A stretch of DNA of 64,000 nucleotides from Eimeria praecox (Eukaryota), in contig OY986949.1 of NCBI GenBank assembly GCA_963920595.1, positions 2,542,001-2,606,000 on the forward strand, written 5' to 3'. The notes below the pieces were generated by a model. It did not search any database and had not been told where the DNA came from. It was given only the letters and a program-made list of their open reading frames with translations. Positions within the stretch are counted from its first letter, which is position 1, and every line of letters begins with the position of its first letter. The position numbers and the translations under genes are program-made. This document shows positions 63,891 to 64,000 of this stretch, piece by piece.

Positions 63891-64000
63891 TTGCTGCTGC
63901 TGCTTGTGTTGCTGTTGTTGTTGATGATGATGATGCTGTCGTTGCTGCTCTTGCAGACGATAGCTCTCCTGCTGCAGCTGATGCTCCTCCGCCTGTAGGG
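60900..64000 (-). CDS. Partial multi-exon hypothetical gene (5' end beyond window; 3' structure unresolved)
   Basis: Open frame from the window end to donor T|GTACG at 63588 (VSVRLRLELPGDPSSLLLRWAG...EHWQDKLVLRYPPKDRAT). Pyrimidine-rich minus-strand acceptors precede 62748, 62075, 61743 (IAVSDGEHEVARLRLRI) and ~61378. I could not join these into one certain frame, so the left boundary is approximate. Confidence 0.45.
61247..61278. repeat. (TGCA)8 palindromic run (overlapping TGCATGCA octamers)
   Basis: Direct reading; TGCATGCA is a known over-represented motif in Eimeria and other apicomplexans. Confidence 0.85.
62196..62715. repeat. (ATAAT)n pentanucleotide array, ~100 units
   Basis: Direct reading; nearly perfect. 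Confidence 0.97.

Overview
Eukaryotic, intron-rich DNA with the hallmarks of a coccidian apicomplexan, most likely an Eimeria repeat-rich region: pervasive CAG/CTG repeats, interstitial telomere-like AAACCCT/AGGGTTT heptamer runs, TGCATGCA, and many TGTCTCC-cored minisatellites. Most ORFs in the supplied track are repeat artefacts, so I spliced the genes by hand. Genes: (1) 3' part of a WDR7/rabconnectin-3beta-like WD40 gene (+, <532-14327); (2) 14-exon RIB43A-like axonemal gene (+, 15784-21291); (3) intronless 3456-aa low-complexity ORF of unknown function (+, 23220-33590); (4) PHO80/P-type cyclin (+, 41092-45767); (5) 5-exon divergent plant/algal-type NPL4-like gene with an apparent signal peptide plus basic transit-like leader (-, 50813-46828); (6) RPF1 Brix-domain gene (+, 51534-55694); (7) PPCDC flavoprotein (-, ~59987-56598); (8) partial unresolved gene at the right edge (-). 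A satellite block with a near-perfect 77-bp x ~30 array lies at 34.8-39.3 kb. The best candidate for an undescribed system is the NPL4-like gene, a possible apicoplast/periplastid (SELMA-type, ERAD-derived import) Npl4 cofactor. All homology calls come from motif recognition by eye, not database searches.
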